Shown piece by piece: positions 19,745 to 29,307 of a stretch of DNA of 39,011 nucleotides. Position 1 is the stretch's first letter; every line of letters begins with the position of its first letter. Position numbers and translations under genes: made by a program. Where the stretch lies: contig JBDHAB010000038.1 of NCBI GenBank assembly GCA_039588295.1, positions 1-39,011 on the forward strand. Direction: 5' to 3'. Source of the stretch: Gemmatimonadota bacterium (GTDB taxonomy: Bacteria; Gemmatimonadota; Gemmatimonadetes; Gemmatimonadales; GWC2-71-9). The notes under the pieces were generated by a model. The model did no database searches, was not told the DNA's origin, and saw only the letters and a program-made list of their open reading frames with translations.

Positions 19745-20397
19745 CCCATGGAGTCCTTGAGCAACGATTCGAGGTCGAGCCCTCGCCTGACGACGAGCGG
19801 CGTTTCTCCGGGGTTCAATGCGCCCGCCGAGATGATGAGCTTCATCGCCTCCTCGACCGTCACGTCGAGCGCGCGGACCTTGGCACGCGGCACCGCCAAC
19901 ATGAATCCCGACGTGGGGTTGGGTGTGGTAGGCACAAACACGTGCACGCACGGCTCGCCCACAACACGGGAGATGACCACGCCGTCTTCGTTCGTGACGA
20001 AGGCAACTGCCCAGATCCCTTCGGTCGGATAGGGCACCAACACGGTTCGCTGAAACAGCTTGCGCCGCTCACCGACGACCGACTGCACGATCTGACTCAT
20101 TGCCGTGTAGATGCGCCCCGTGAGCGGGAATCGCGACATGGCTTCATTCCACCAGTGCAGCAGCTGGCGGCCCGCCGCAAGGTGGACGGCCCAGCCGACG
20201 AGCATGACCGCAGCGACGAGCAAGACGAAGCCCAGTCCCGGAATCCTGATCCCGAGCGCCACCTGCAGCGGCTCACCGAGAATGTTGTCGATGGTCCGGA
20301 ACATCCACACGAGGACGATCGCCGTGACCCCAACCGGAGCCATGACGATCAGCCCCGTGAAGAAGTAGCGTCGCAAGCGACGGCCGGAGACTCTCAC
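19741..20397 (-). CDS. DUF502 family membrane protein
   Basis: LRRYFFTGL, two TM segments, VFVPTTPNPTSGF, EEAMKLIISAG. Confidence 0.9.
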   Translation of the reverse strand: MRVSGRRLRRYFFTGLIVMAPVGVTAIVLVWMFRTIDNILGEPLQVALGIRIPGLGFVLLVAAVMLVGWAVHLAAGRQLLHWWNEAMSRFPLTGRIYTAMSQIVQSVVGERRKLFQRTVLVPYPTEGIWAVAFVTNEDGVVISRVVGEPCVHVFVPTTPNPTSGFMLAVPRAKVRALDVTVEEAMKLIISAGALNPGETPLVVRRGLDLESLLKDSMG

Positions 20398-21581
20398 GTG
20401 ACGCTCCTTCGATCCAGCGAAACGACCCCGACCGGGCCACGACGGATGAGCACACGCTCCAGCCGATTCGGCGTCGACTCCAGTACGTCGAACTCGAGCC
20501 CCGCAAGAAAGAACCGCTCACCAGCAATTGGAATGCGACCGCCCAGGCGCGTCAGCAACCCACTCACGGTTTCGGCTGCTTCGGGAAACTCGACTTCGAA
20601 ACGCTGTGCGATTTCGTCGACCGGCGTCGAACCGTTCGCCTCCACCAACTGCGGGGCGACTTCCTCCGTACCGGGAAGCCCGTCATGCTCATCGAAGATC
20701 TCACCGACGAGTTCCTCCAGCAGATCCTCGAAGGTCACCAGGCCCGCGGTGCCTCCGTACTCATCCAACACCACGGCGATTTGCCGTCGATCGCGCTGCA
20801 TCTCGAAGAGTAGCTCGGCGCAGCGCTTCGAGCCCGGGGCGGTGGCGATAGGTCGCACCGGAAGGTCCGCGCCCGGGGCAACTTTCAGCAGGTCGAACGC
20901 GTAGATCATTCCGACAATATTGTCGAGCGAGTCGCGGTACACGGGGATCCTCGAGTACCCCGATTCGGTGAACATGCGGCCCACCTCCTCGACCGACGCA
21001 CCCTCTGGGGCCGCCACGAGATCGGTCCGCGGTGTCATCACCTCGCGCACCGGTCGTTCGGTGAACGCCAGCACTCCCGACAACACGGTCAGTTCGTCGT
21101 GGTCTACGGACTCCTCCCCATCCGCGTCACCCTCGACGTCACGGCGCATACGGGCTTCGAGCGGTCGCGGGCGCAGCGGCGCCAACACGGCCGACAATTT
21201 GCTCAGCATCGGAACCGTCCGTCCGATGAGGCGCTCCGGCCATCGCCGCCCGATCGCTCGGGGCACCGCATATGCGACCGCGAGCGTCATCGGTACGAGG
21301 ACGAGTACCACGACCGCTGCCTGCATCGGGAGCGGCAGCGCCGCCACGATGCTCGCGGCGGCGGCCCCCGAAACCAGTATGCCGATCGTCGCGCCAGCCT
21401 TGCTCGCCCGCACGATCCTATCGGGAGCCGCGAGCAGGCGCTCCGCCACCTGGGCATCGGGCGCCGGCGTCGCTGCCCACCGGTACAGGTCGACGCGCCG
21501 CACGGCGGATGCCGCCACCCCGCTCAGCACTCCGGCTGCACTCACCAGCGCCCCAAGCACCAGGAACAGCCACGCGCTCAC
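20394..21581 (-). CDS. Hemolysin/CNNM family protein (DUF21-CBS-CorC)
   Basis: N-terminal TMs, VREVMTPRTD, YSRIPVY, VLDEYGGTAGLVTFEDLLEELVGEI. Confidence 0.9.
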   Translation of the reverse strand: MSAWLFLVLGALVSAAGVLSGVAASAVRRVDLYRWAATPAPDAQVAERLLAAPDRIVRASKAGATIGILVSGAAAASIVAALPLPMQAAVVVLVLVPMTLAVAYAVPRAIGRRWPERLIGRTVPMLSKLSAVLAPLRPRPLEARMRRDVEGDADGEESVDHDELTVLSGVLAFTERPVREVMTPRTDLVAAPEGASVEEVGRMFTESGYSRIPVYRDSLDNIVGMIYAFDLLKVAPGADLPVRPIATAPGSKRCAELLFEMQRDRRQIAVVLDEYGGTAGLVTFEDLLEELVGEIFDEHDGLPGTEEVAPQLVEANGSTPVDEIAQRFEVEFPEAAETVSGLLTRLGGRIPIAGERFFLAGLEFDVLESTPNRLERVLIRRGPVGVVSLDRRSVT

Positions 21582-22780
21582 GGTTCGACCTCCTCGGGCT
21601 GAGCGATCTCGTCAGGCCGGCGCTCGAAATACACGCGCTCCACCCGACGCCGGACGACCCGCTCCACGACCACACGGAAACCCGCGATGCGCAGCTCTTC
21701 ACCCGGGCGCGGGACACGCCCCAGCTCGGAGTAGACCAGTCCGCCGACCGTGCTGACGTCTTCCCGCACAATCTCTGTCTTGAGCGTCTCCGACAGCGTG
21801 TCCAACGTCACCGTGCCCTCGATCCAGAACCGGTCGTCCCCTTCACTCATCACCGGAGGTCGTTCGTCGCGGTCGTACTCTCCGTAGATCTCTCCAACCA
21901 CCTCCTCCAGCACGTCTTCCAGGGTGACAAGCCCGGAGGTCCCACCGAACTCGTCGACGACCAGTGCGATGTGGGCGGACCCGCGCTGGAAGTCGCGGAG
22001 TTGGGCCGCCAGCGATTTGCTCTCGGGCACGAATAGGGGTGGCCGGATCAGCGCCTGCCAGTGGTCGGGCCGAGGGCCGAAGCCCGCAATCGCCGGCATC
22101 AGGTCCTTGGCGTAGAGCACACCCACGATATCATCGACGTCCCTGCGATATACCGGGATTCGGGCATGCTCGCTCCGCCGCAAGTGATCGGCAACCGCGT
22201 GCCAGTCCCCGTCAGCTTCGATCGCGGCGATGTCGAGTCGTGGCGTCATCACCTCGGCCACCGTCGTATCGCGGAGCGACACGACCCCGACCAGCATGTC
22301 CCGCTCGTCCTCACCCAGGTCCGGACGGTCCGGCGTGCTGGCTGGCAGTGCGAAGGCCGTGGTCCGCTCCACGGCGCCAACGAGACCGAGTAACGGCCGA
22401 AACGGAAACAGTGTCCCACGTGCGGCTCGCGCCGCCGCCCGTGCGAGTTGTGGGAGAAGGATCCCGACCGCGCGCGGCACTACATCCGCCGCCATGTAGA
22501 GGAATCCCAGCGACACCACGGCGCTCGCCACCCCGCGCAGGGGGGAAACCGTCCACCAGGCCACGGCGACGGACGCAGCGGCGGCAGCCACGAACACCAG
22601 CGCCAGACGGCTGATCTGCAGCGCCCGCTCGAACGGCACGGCATGACCAGGCCGATCCGGAGCCGCGCCAAGCGACCGCGGCACGCTGGGCGCCTCTTGC
22701 GCCAACGCCAGGATGCCCGCCCAGACCGCGAGCACCACGGCAGCTGCGGCACTCCCCAGGGACACGACGGCGTCATTCAC
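21578..22780 (-). CDS. Hemolysin/CNNM family protein (DUF21-CBS-CorC), second paralog
   Basis: VAEVMTPRLD, HARIPVY, VVDEFGGTSGLVTLEDVLEEVVGEI; GTGA overlap with ybeY stop. Confidence 0.9.
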   Translation of the reverse strand: MNDAVVSLGSAAAAVVLAVWAGILALAQEAPSVPRSLGAAPDRPGHAVPFERALQISRLALVFVAAAAASVAVAWWTVSPLRGVASAVVSLGFLYMAADVVPRAVGILLPQLARAAARAARGTLFPFRPLLGLVGAVERTTAFALPASTPDRPDLGEDERDMLVGVVSLRDTTVAEVMTPRLDIAAIEADGDWHAVADHLRRSEHARIPVYRRDVDDIVGVLYAKDLMPAIAGFGPRPDHWQALIRPPLFVPESKSLAAQLRDFQRGSAHIALVVDEFGGTSGLVTLEDVLEEVVGEIYGEYDRDERPPVMSEGDDRFWIEGTVTLDTLSETLKTEIVREDVSTVGGLVYSELGRVPRPGEELRIAGFRVVVERVVRRRVERVYFERRPDEIAQPEEVEP

Positions 22781-23250
22781 GGAGCCGACCGCTCCTCGAG
22801 CGCCGCGACATACCGTTCCTGCAGCGCCCACATGGGTGAACGGACCCGCGAGGCATCTTCGGGATGATCGTGCCCCAGCACATGGAGCACCCCGTGCACC
22901 ACCAGCCGTCGTGTCTCCTCGTAGCTCGTGCACCCCGCCTCTCGCGCGGATCGCCGCGCCTCGTCCGGGCAGATGTAGATGTCACCGGCAGCGCGATCGA
23001 GGTGATCCATGCGAAACGCGATCACGTCGGTCGGCCGGTCCACCCCCAGCACCCGTGCGTTCAGTAGCTGCATTTCTGCGTCGGGAAGAAACGTGATGCT
23101 GATCGTCACACCCCCCACACCCTCTCCCTTCAGGACGAACGCGGCCCAGCGCCGAACGGCCGCTGCGCTCACGCCATCCGCGAGTTCCGGGCAGGCGACC
23201 CGGATATCACGCCTCGGAGGTTGCTTCCCACTCGGCACCGATACCGCCAC
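22777..23250 (-). CDS. ybeY: rRNA maturation RNase YbeY (start uncertain)
   Basis: PTDVIAF, GDIYIC, HGVLHVLGHDH zinc motif. Confidence 0.9.
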   Translation of the reverse strand: MAVSVPSGKQPPRRDIRVACPELADGVSAAAVRRWAAFVLKGEGVGGVTISITFLPDAEMQLLNARVLGVDRPTDVIAFRMDHLDRAAGDIYICPDEARRSAREAGCTSYEETRRLVVHGVLHVLGHDHPEDASRVRSPMWALQERYVAALEERSAP

Positions 23251-25411
23251 TCCCCGCGGGATAGTCGATGCGATTGTGATACGTCCCGCCGATGACACGC
23301 GCGAACTCCTCCTTCACGCGCGCCAACTGCGCCAGCGTAAGCGGCGCTTCTCCCAGTTGGCCAGCGTCAACGCGGTGGCGCACGATGTGATCGATCGCAT
23401 CGCTGATCTTATCCGGGGTGGGCTCGTCGAGCACCCGGATTGCTGCCTCGACACCGTCGGCGAGCATCGCCACCGCCGTCTCAAGGGTCTGCGGCCGTGG
23501 CCCCGGATACCGGTAGTCCTCGAGCTTGATCTCCTGGTCGGATGTCCGATTCCGTGCGCGTTGGAGAAAGTAGGTGATCTCCATCGTGCCGTGGTGCTCT
23601 GCGATGAACGACTTCAGGACGTCGGGGAGCTTCTGTTCGTCCGCCAGCGCCAACCCCTCTCGCACGTGATTGCGCACGATGCCGGCGGAGACCTCCGGTT
23701 TCAGCTTGTCGTGGGGGTTGGCACCCGGAGATTGATTCTCCACGAAGTGCTGCGGTTTCTTGAGCTTGCCGACGTCGTGGTAGTAACACCCCACGCGGGC
23801 GAGCAGTCCCTGCGCTCCGACCGCGTTGCAGGCGGCTTCGCACAGGTTTGCCATGGCGACGCTGTGCGCGTACGTGCCCGGAGCCTCGACGGCCAATCGC
23901 CGCAGCAGCGGTCGGTCGGGATCTGAGAGCTCGAGCAACGTGAGCTCAGTCGTCACCCCACCCATCCATTCGAAGACCGGCAGCAATGTCGACGCGAGCG
24001 CCGCGCAGGCGACGGCATTGAGCCCCCCGCGTACGCCCGTGAGTCCGACATCTGCCCACCCCCCGCCGACACGGAGTTCGATCGCCACACCGGCCATGAG
24101 GTACGCCACGGCAACGACACCCGCCGCGAACAAGAACTGGTTGCGCCGGCGGATCGTCCGCACGCTCACAGCGGCGGCGACACCTCCGACCAGCGCGATG
24201 AACAGTGCGTCGGCCGAACCATAGGCGGCCTGCGAGGCGACCAGCACGGCCAGCACCATCGCCGCTACCATGGCGACCCGCCCGCGAAACATCACCGTGG
24301 TGAGCATCGCCGCGAGTGGGACCGGGATGAGCTCGGGCGCACCGGAGATGAAGCGGGCGTTCATGGCAGCGCCGGCCACGACCAGCGCGAAGAACACACT
24401 GAGCACGAGAATCTGCCGCAGGGTATCGTAGATCCTCGGGCGATACAGCATGAGGAGCAGCCAGAACACCGTAAGCAGCATCCCGTTGGTCAACACCTGC
24501 CCAACCGTGCCACTCACATTCCCCTGGCTCGCGCCGCCGCGGTTCAGCAGCTCCTGGCTCAACGCCACGAGGCGATCGTGAACGTCAGTCGTGACCACCT
24601 CGTTGGCGAAGATGATGCCCTGATTCTCGCGCACCTTGTACTTCACGGAATCCACCCGGGCCAACGTTTCCCGCCGCTCGGCCTCATAGGCGGCGATATT
24701 CGGCACCAGCGTGGGTCGGAACAGCGCACCGAGGAGATTCACGTAGACGCGGCGGCCAATCGTCGAGTTCGGATCGGGATGCCCGCTGGCCAGATCCTGG
24801 AACAGGCGCTCGAACGTCAGGATCGTATCGCGGCGAGCCATACCCTCGCGGCCGTCCCACCGGACCATCACGTCGGCGGCGAGGACCGTGTCCAGATCGG
24901 CTCCCCTCGCCACGCCACGGCGAAGCCGGTCTCCCAAGAACCGACGAACAGCAGTGCGAAACGCGGCAAGCCGATTGCCGCTGCGCAGATACTCCGCCTC
25001 CTCGACGGTGAGCGTCACCTCGAACCGTTGCGCCACGGCCACGAGCGTGTCTGGAACGGCCGCGCCGGCGAGTCCGGCGAACAGCAAGTCCGTCTCGGCC
25101 AGCACCGAGTCGCGGTTTTCGACACGGAAGTCGAAGATGGGACGCAGGGTGCCTTCTCTCGCCGCCCGCTCACGCGCGAGCTCTTCTTCCGACTTGAGGA
25201 CGTCGAAGTCGAACGGTGCGATCACGTCCTCACTCGCCACCTCTCCCTCTTCGAGCAGGGGACTCTCGAAGCCCGTCGCGACGGGGAACAGCGTATAGGT
25301 CAACAGCGCCAACGCCACCAGCAGTCCCCATCGTGTGGCATGGTGCCCCACCGTGCCGGGCACCTCACTCGGCATCAGCTCGAAGCTGAGCGTCGGACGC
25401 GGTCTCTTCAT
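23207..25411 (-). CDS. 7TM-HD (HDIG) phosphohydrolase, PgpH-like
   Basis: N-terminal TM, extracytoplasmic domain, multiple TMs, APGTYAHS, YYHDVGK, EHHGT, MLADGVEAA. Confidence 0.9.
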   Translation of the reverse strand: MKRPRPTLSFELMPSEVPGTVGHHATRWGLLVALALLTYTLFPVATGFESPLLEEGEVASEDVIAPFDFDVLKSEEELARERAAREGTLRPIFDFRVENRDSVLAETDLLFAGLAGAAVPDTLVAVAQRFEVTLTVEEAEYLRSGNRLAAFRTAVRRFLGDRLRRGVARGADLDTVLAADVMVRWDGREGMARRDTILTFERLFQDLASGHPDPNSTIGRRVYVNLLGALFRPTLVPNIAAYEAERRETLARVDSVKYKVRENQGIIFANEVVTTDVHDRLVALSQELLNRGGASQGNVSGTVGQVLTNGMLLTVFWLLLMLYRPRIYDTLRQILVLSVFFALVVAGAAMNARFISGAPELIPVPLAAMLTTVMFRGRVAMVAAMVLAVLVASQAAYGSADALFIALVGGVAAAVSVRTIRRRNQFLFAAGVVAVAYLMAGVAIELRVGGGWADVGLTGVRGGLNAVACAALASTLLPVFEWMGGVTTELTLLELSDPDRPLLRRLAVEAPGTYAHSVAMANLCEAACNAVGAQGLLARVGCYYHDVGKLKKPQHFVENQSPGANPHDKLKPEVSAGIVRNHVREGLALADEQKLPDVLKSFIAEHHGTMEITYFLQRARNRTSDQEIKLEDYRYPGPRPQTLETAVAMLADGVEAAIRVLDEPTPDKISDAIDHIVRHRVDAGQLGEAPLTLAQLARVKEEFARVIGGTYHNRIDYPAGSGGIGAEWEATSEA

Positions 25412-26361
25412 TCCTGGCGGTCCCCGTTGTATGCCCGAATGATCTCACGCACGAGTCGATGACGCACCACATCGCGTTCGTCCAGGTAGCACAACGCCAC
25501 TCCATCGATACCCGGGAGAATGCGCTCGACCTGGATCAGGCCGGACTCCTCATGGTTCGGCAGGTCAATCTGTGTCTTGTCGCCGACCACCACCGCACGG
25601 GAGTTCAATCCGAGGCGCGTGAGGAACATTTTCATTTGCATTCCCGTCACGTTCTGCGCCTCGTCGAGAATGACGAACGCATCCTGGAGCGTCCGTCCAC
25701 GCATGTAGCCGAGCGGGGCGATTTCGATGGTCCGCGTCTCGAGAGCCCGCTGCATCCGATCGTATGGCATCATGTCCTCGAGGGCGTCATACAGCGGGCG
25801 CAGATACGGATCGACCTTCGCTTGGAGATCGCCCGGCAGGAAGCCGAGTCGCTCACCCGCCTCCACCGCCGGACGGGCAAGCACCAGGCGCCGCACCCGC
25901 TTGCGCGTGAGCGCTTCCACCCCCATGGCCACGGCGAGGTAGGTCTTCCCGGTCCCCGCCGGACCGACGCCCACCACGATCTCGTTCTCGCGCATCGCCG
26001 CCACATAGTCGCGTTGACCGGCCGATTTGGGCTGCACCACGCGGCGCATACCCGGCAGGGCAATCTTGAAGTCTCCATTGTTGGCGTTGGCCGCCTGCTC
26101 GCCGCCATCGGAAACGATGCGCCGCACATCGTCCTGACTCAGAGTCTCGCCAAGCCGCGCGAGTTCGACCATTGAGCGTACGACGCGCGCCGCCCGCTCG
26201 ACGGCATCCAGCTCACCCGCGAGTGTGAGGTGCTCGCCGCGCAGCGATACCTGCGCACCCGTCGCCCGTTCCACCTCGAGCAGATTGGCGTCGTTCACGC
26301 CGGCCAACGCCAATGGGTCGGCGCCCTCGGCGGCGATGCGGTGGGTCACCCGCCCGCTCAT
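25408..26361 (-). CDS. phoH: PhoH family ATPase
   Basis: GPAGTGKTYLA, RPAVEAGERLGFLPGD, YMRGRTL, LDEAQN, VVRHRLV. Confidence 0.95.
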   Translation of the reverse strand: MSGRVTHRIAAEGADPLALAGVNDANLLEVERATGAQVSLRGEHLTLAGELDAVERAARVVRSMVELARLGETLSQDDVRRIVSDGGEQAANANNGDFKIALPGMRRVVQPKSAGQRDYVAAMRENEIVVGVGPAGTGKTYLAVAMGVEALTRKRVRRLVLARPAVEAGERLGFLPGDLQAKVDPYLRPLYDALEDMMPYDRMQRALETRTIEIAPLGYMRGRTLQDAFVILDEAQNVTGMQMKMFLTRLGLNSRAVVVGDKTQIDLPNHEESGLIQVERILPGIDGVALCYLDERDVVRHRLVREIIRAYNGDRQE

Positions 26362-28084
26362 GCGTTATCCACGCGCAGCGCCAGCTGGCTCAGCTCGTCC
26401 GGATCGAGCTCGGTCGGCGCATCTTCGAACAGGGCGCGCGCGGCCGTCGTCTTGGGAAACGCGATCACGTCACGGAGGCTACGAGCGCCGGCCAGCAGCA
26501 TGACCACGCGATCGAACCCCACCGCGAACCCTCCGTGTGGCGGCGCCCCTGCCCGCAGCGCGCGCAAGAGAAACCCGAACCGGTGCTGCGCCTCCTCTTG
26601 CGACATGCCCAGCAGGTCGAGCACCGCGAGCTGAACAGTGGGATCGGTGATTCGAATGGAGCCGCTTCCCAGCTCATTCCCTCCAACAACCGCTGCCGGT
26701 CGTCCGGATGCGGAGACGTGAACGGATGGTGCGCCGTGAGCCACTGTCCCGTTCCCGGGTCGTGCTCGAACAGCGGGAACTCGTCCACCCATGCGAAGCA
26801 ATGCCGCTCGGCCGGAGACACCTCGAGCCTGGCGATGGCGGCACGTCGTACGGCGTCCAACGCCGGCCCGGTCACCGTGTCCGGGCCGGCGGTCGCCAGC
26901 AACAACGCGCCGTCCTCGAGGCCCGCGAGGTCCACGCTCATCTCCCGCAGCTTGGCCAGCGGTCCGCTCAGCTTGCCGTCGTGATGTTTGAGCGTCGCCA
27001 GCCCGCCCGCGCCGAACGTCTTGGCCTTATCGGTCAGGGCATCGAGGTCCTTACGCGACAGGGCGGCGCCACCGCGAATCCTGATGCCGCGGACGCGCCC
27101 CCCCGCGGCGACCGCATCGTCGAACGCCCGGAAGCCCCGTCCCCGAAGCAGCTCGGTCAGATCGACCAGCTCCAGGGCATATCGTAGATCCGGCTTGTCC
27201 GTGCCGAACCGCTCCATCGCGTCCCGATACGGCAGCCGCCGAAACGGAGCCGAGATCGACGCGCCCGCCTCGTCCCACAGCGCTACGAACAACGTCTCGA
27301 GCACGCCGTACACGTCCTCCGGGGTCACGAACGACGCCTCGAGATCGATCTGCGTGAACTCGGGTTGGCGGTCCGCCCGTAGGTCTTCGTCGCGAAAGCA
27401 CCGGGCCAACTGGAAGTAGCGATCGAATCCCGAGATCATGAGCAGCTGTTTGTACAGTTGCGGGGACTGCGGCAACGCGTAGAACTGGCCGCGATGCACC
27501 CGCGACGGAACGAGATAATCTCGTGCCCCTTCCGGGGTCGGCTTCGTCAGCACAGGGGTCTCGATCTCGTAGAACCCGAGCGCCGAGAGCGCGGCCCGCG
27601 CCCGCTGGAGCAGTCGGTGACGCAGCACGAGGTTGCGCTGCAGCTCGGGCCGGCGGAGGTCCAGGTGTCGATGCAGCAGCCTCAATTCCTCAGCCGGGAG
27701 ATCTTCGCCCTTGGTCCGCCACACGGGAATCGGCAAGGCGTCGAGTGCTGCCGGACCCACCACCTCGATGCTCTCCGCCTGCAGCTCCACGTCACCGGTG
27801 ACCATCTCGGGATTCCGCGCGTCGTCCGGCCGGAGCCGAACCTCACCCGTCACGACGACCACCGACTCCGTCACGACATCCGTCGCGGTTCCGAGCGCGG
27901 CCTCGGGCGTCCAGCCAGGACCGAACGAGGCCTGAACGATCCCGTCGCGGTCACGCAGGTCGAGGAACACGAGCCCCCCGAGATTGCGCCGACGATGCAC
28001 CCACCCGCCGAGGCGCACGCGCATTCCCGCGTGCTCGGCACGGAGTGCGCCGCAGCGATGCGTCCGCATGTGCGTCGCTGTCAT
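26358..28084 (-). CDS. aspS: Aspartate-tRNA ligase, frame broken at about 26680 by an apparent deletion
   Basis: MRTHRCG, PTPEGARDYLVPSR, LPQSPQLYKQLLM, CFRDEDLRADRQPEFTQID and HHPFTSP in one frame; GNELGSGSIRI, GAPPHGG and DVIAFPKT in another. Confidence 0.93.
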
Positions 28085-28328
28085 ACGTCCCCTGGGGTGC
28101 CGCTGACCTGCGGCGTGAGGCAGGAGCTGTGAACGAGCACCTACCGGCCGAATCCTGGGATCACGGGTCCGGAAAGGTACCGGGGGAAAGCGCTGAGAGA
28201 TGCGTCGCTGGGCGTGCCCTACCGATAGTCAGGATACCTCGCTACGGCGGGAGTTCAGGCTCCCCGCGCGGTTCTCGTCGTCGCACCGGGGGCGGCCTAC
28301 CTGGCCACCCAAGTCTCGTTGCTGGTTG

Positions 28329-28357
28329 AACATAATGGCCCCCAAGAAGGCCAGCAA
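28329..28357 (-). promoter_or_regulatory. Putative sigma70 promoter facing aspS
   Basis: Minus strand reads TTGCTG-17 nt-TATGTT in the divergent intergenic region. Confidence 0.4.
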
Positions 28358-28401
28358 GCCGCTCCTTGACACCTTCAGGGAAGTGCCGCAACCCTTCGAG
28401 C

Positions 28402-29307
28402 GTGCGCCCCGTACTCGCTGCGACGCTCGGGCTTCTCGCCGCCACCGCAGGGTCCACTCGCGCCCAGGCTCCTGCGTCAGCAGATCTGTGGCGAGTGGCC
28501 GCCCTGTCGCTGGCCGTCCCCCCAGCCCTGCAGTCCGGTGCCACGGGGAGCTTCTGGAATCCTGTCGCGGTCGGTGAGCGCCGCGGGATTTCGGTGGGTG
28601 CACACGTCATGCACACGTCTGACATCCTGGGGTTGTCCGGCCTACTGGTCGGGGGAAGCCTTCCCCTACGGCGCCCCCTGCGGGTCGGGATCGTCCTTGG
28701 ACGGATGCAGGTGCGGGATCTGGTCCGCACGACGACGTCGCCAGACACCGAGGAGGGCTCGATTCCGGTCTATGCGCAGCTGGCCGGCATCGGCATCGGA
28801 GTCGGCGGCCGAACGGCCAGCGTGGGGGCGATGGTGCGGTACCACACCGCGCGCCTGGACACCCAAGAAGAGCGTGGTGCCACGATCGACGTGGGAGTGC
28901 GGCTAATCCCGATCGCTCGGCTCACCGTGGCGGCGGCGAGCCACTTCTTTCCGGCCACCTTCACCTCGGACCCGACGACCGAATACTACGCGGGAGCGGA
29001 GTACGCCGTCGTGGAGCGCGGCGCGGGTCAGCCGTCGTCGGTGCGCATCAGCGTGCGATACGGAGCGACTTACCACGACTCAGGAGATCTGGATCACACG
29101 GCGGGGGTTGGACTGAACGCGGGCGACTGGGCCCGGATCGATGCGGCGCTCACGAGCGAGTCCTCGTACGACGCCCACGAGCTTCGCCCGGGGATCGGGC
29201 TGTCGCTGCGCTTCGGCCGCTACGTTGTGGCACTGGCGCACGGGTTGGGACTCAACGGGGTGGGAGGCACCTACCGCGTCGGGCTAGATGTCGAGCTTGG
29301 GCGGTGA
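28402..29307 (+). CDS. Exported beta-strand-rich protein, possible outer-membrane barrel
   Basis: Signal peptide ending TRAQA, FWNP motif near the N-terminus, alternating beta pattern; GTGA overlap with rlmN. Confidence 0.7.
   Translation: MRPVLAATLGLLAATAGSTRAQAPASADLWRVAALSLAVPPALQSGATGSFWNPVAVGERRGISVGAHVMHTSDILGLSGLLVGGSLPLRRPLRVGIVLGRMQVRDLVRTTTSPDTEEGSIPVYAQLAGIGIGVGGRTASVGAMVRYHTARLDTQEERGATIDVGVRLIPIARLTVAAASHFFPATFTSDPTTEYYAGAEYAVVERGAGQPSSVRISVRYGATYHDSGDLDHTAGVGLNAGDWARIDAALTSESSYDAHELRPGIGLSLRFGRYVVALAHGLGLNGVGGTYRVGLDVELGR

Noticed and set aside
26660..26700. Programmed frameshift in aspS
   Set aside because: Conserved residues are missing outright, which recoding cannot restore.
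7282..28132. Long plus-strand ORFs opposite the core genes (e.g. 8082-9050, 12487-13743, 19579-20904)
   Set aside because: Antisense shadows typical of high-GC coding DNA; no motifs.
28085..28400. 6S RNA, tRNA or T-box in the aspS intergenic region
   Set aside because: Could not identify a cloverleaf, T-box consensus or long 6S-like rod by eye.
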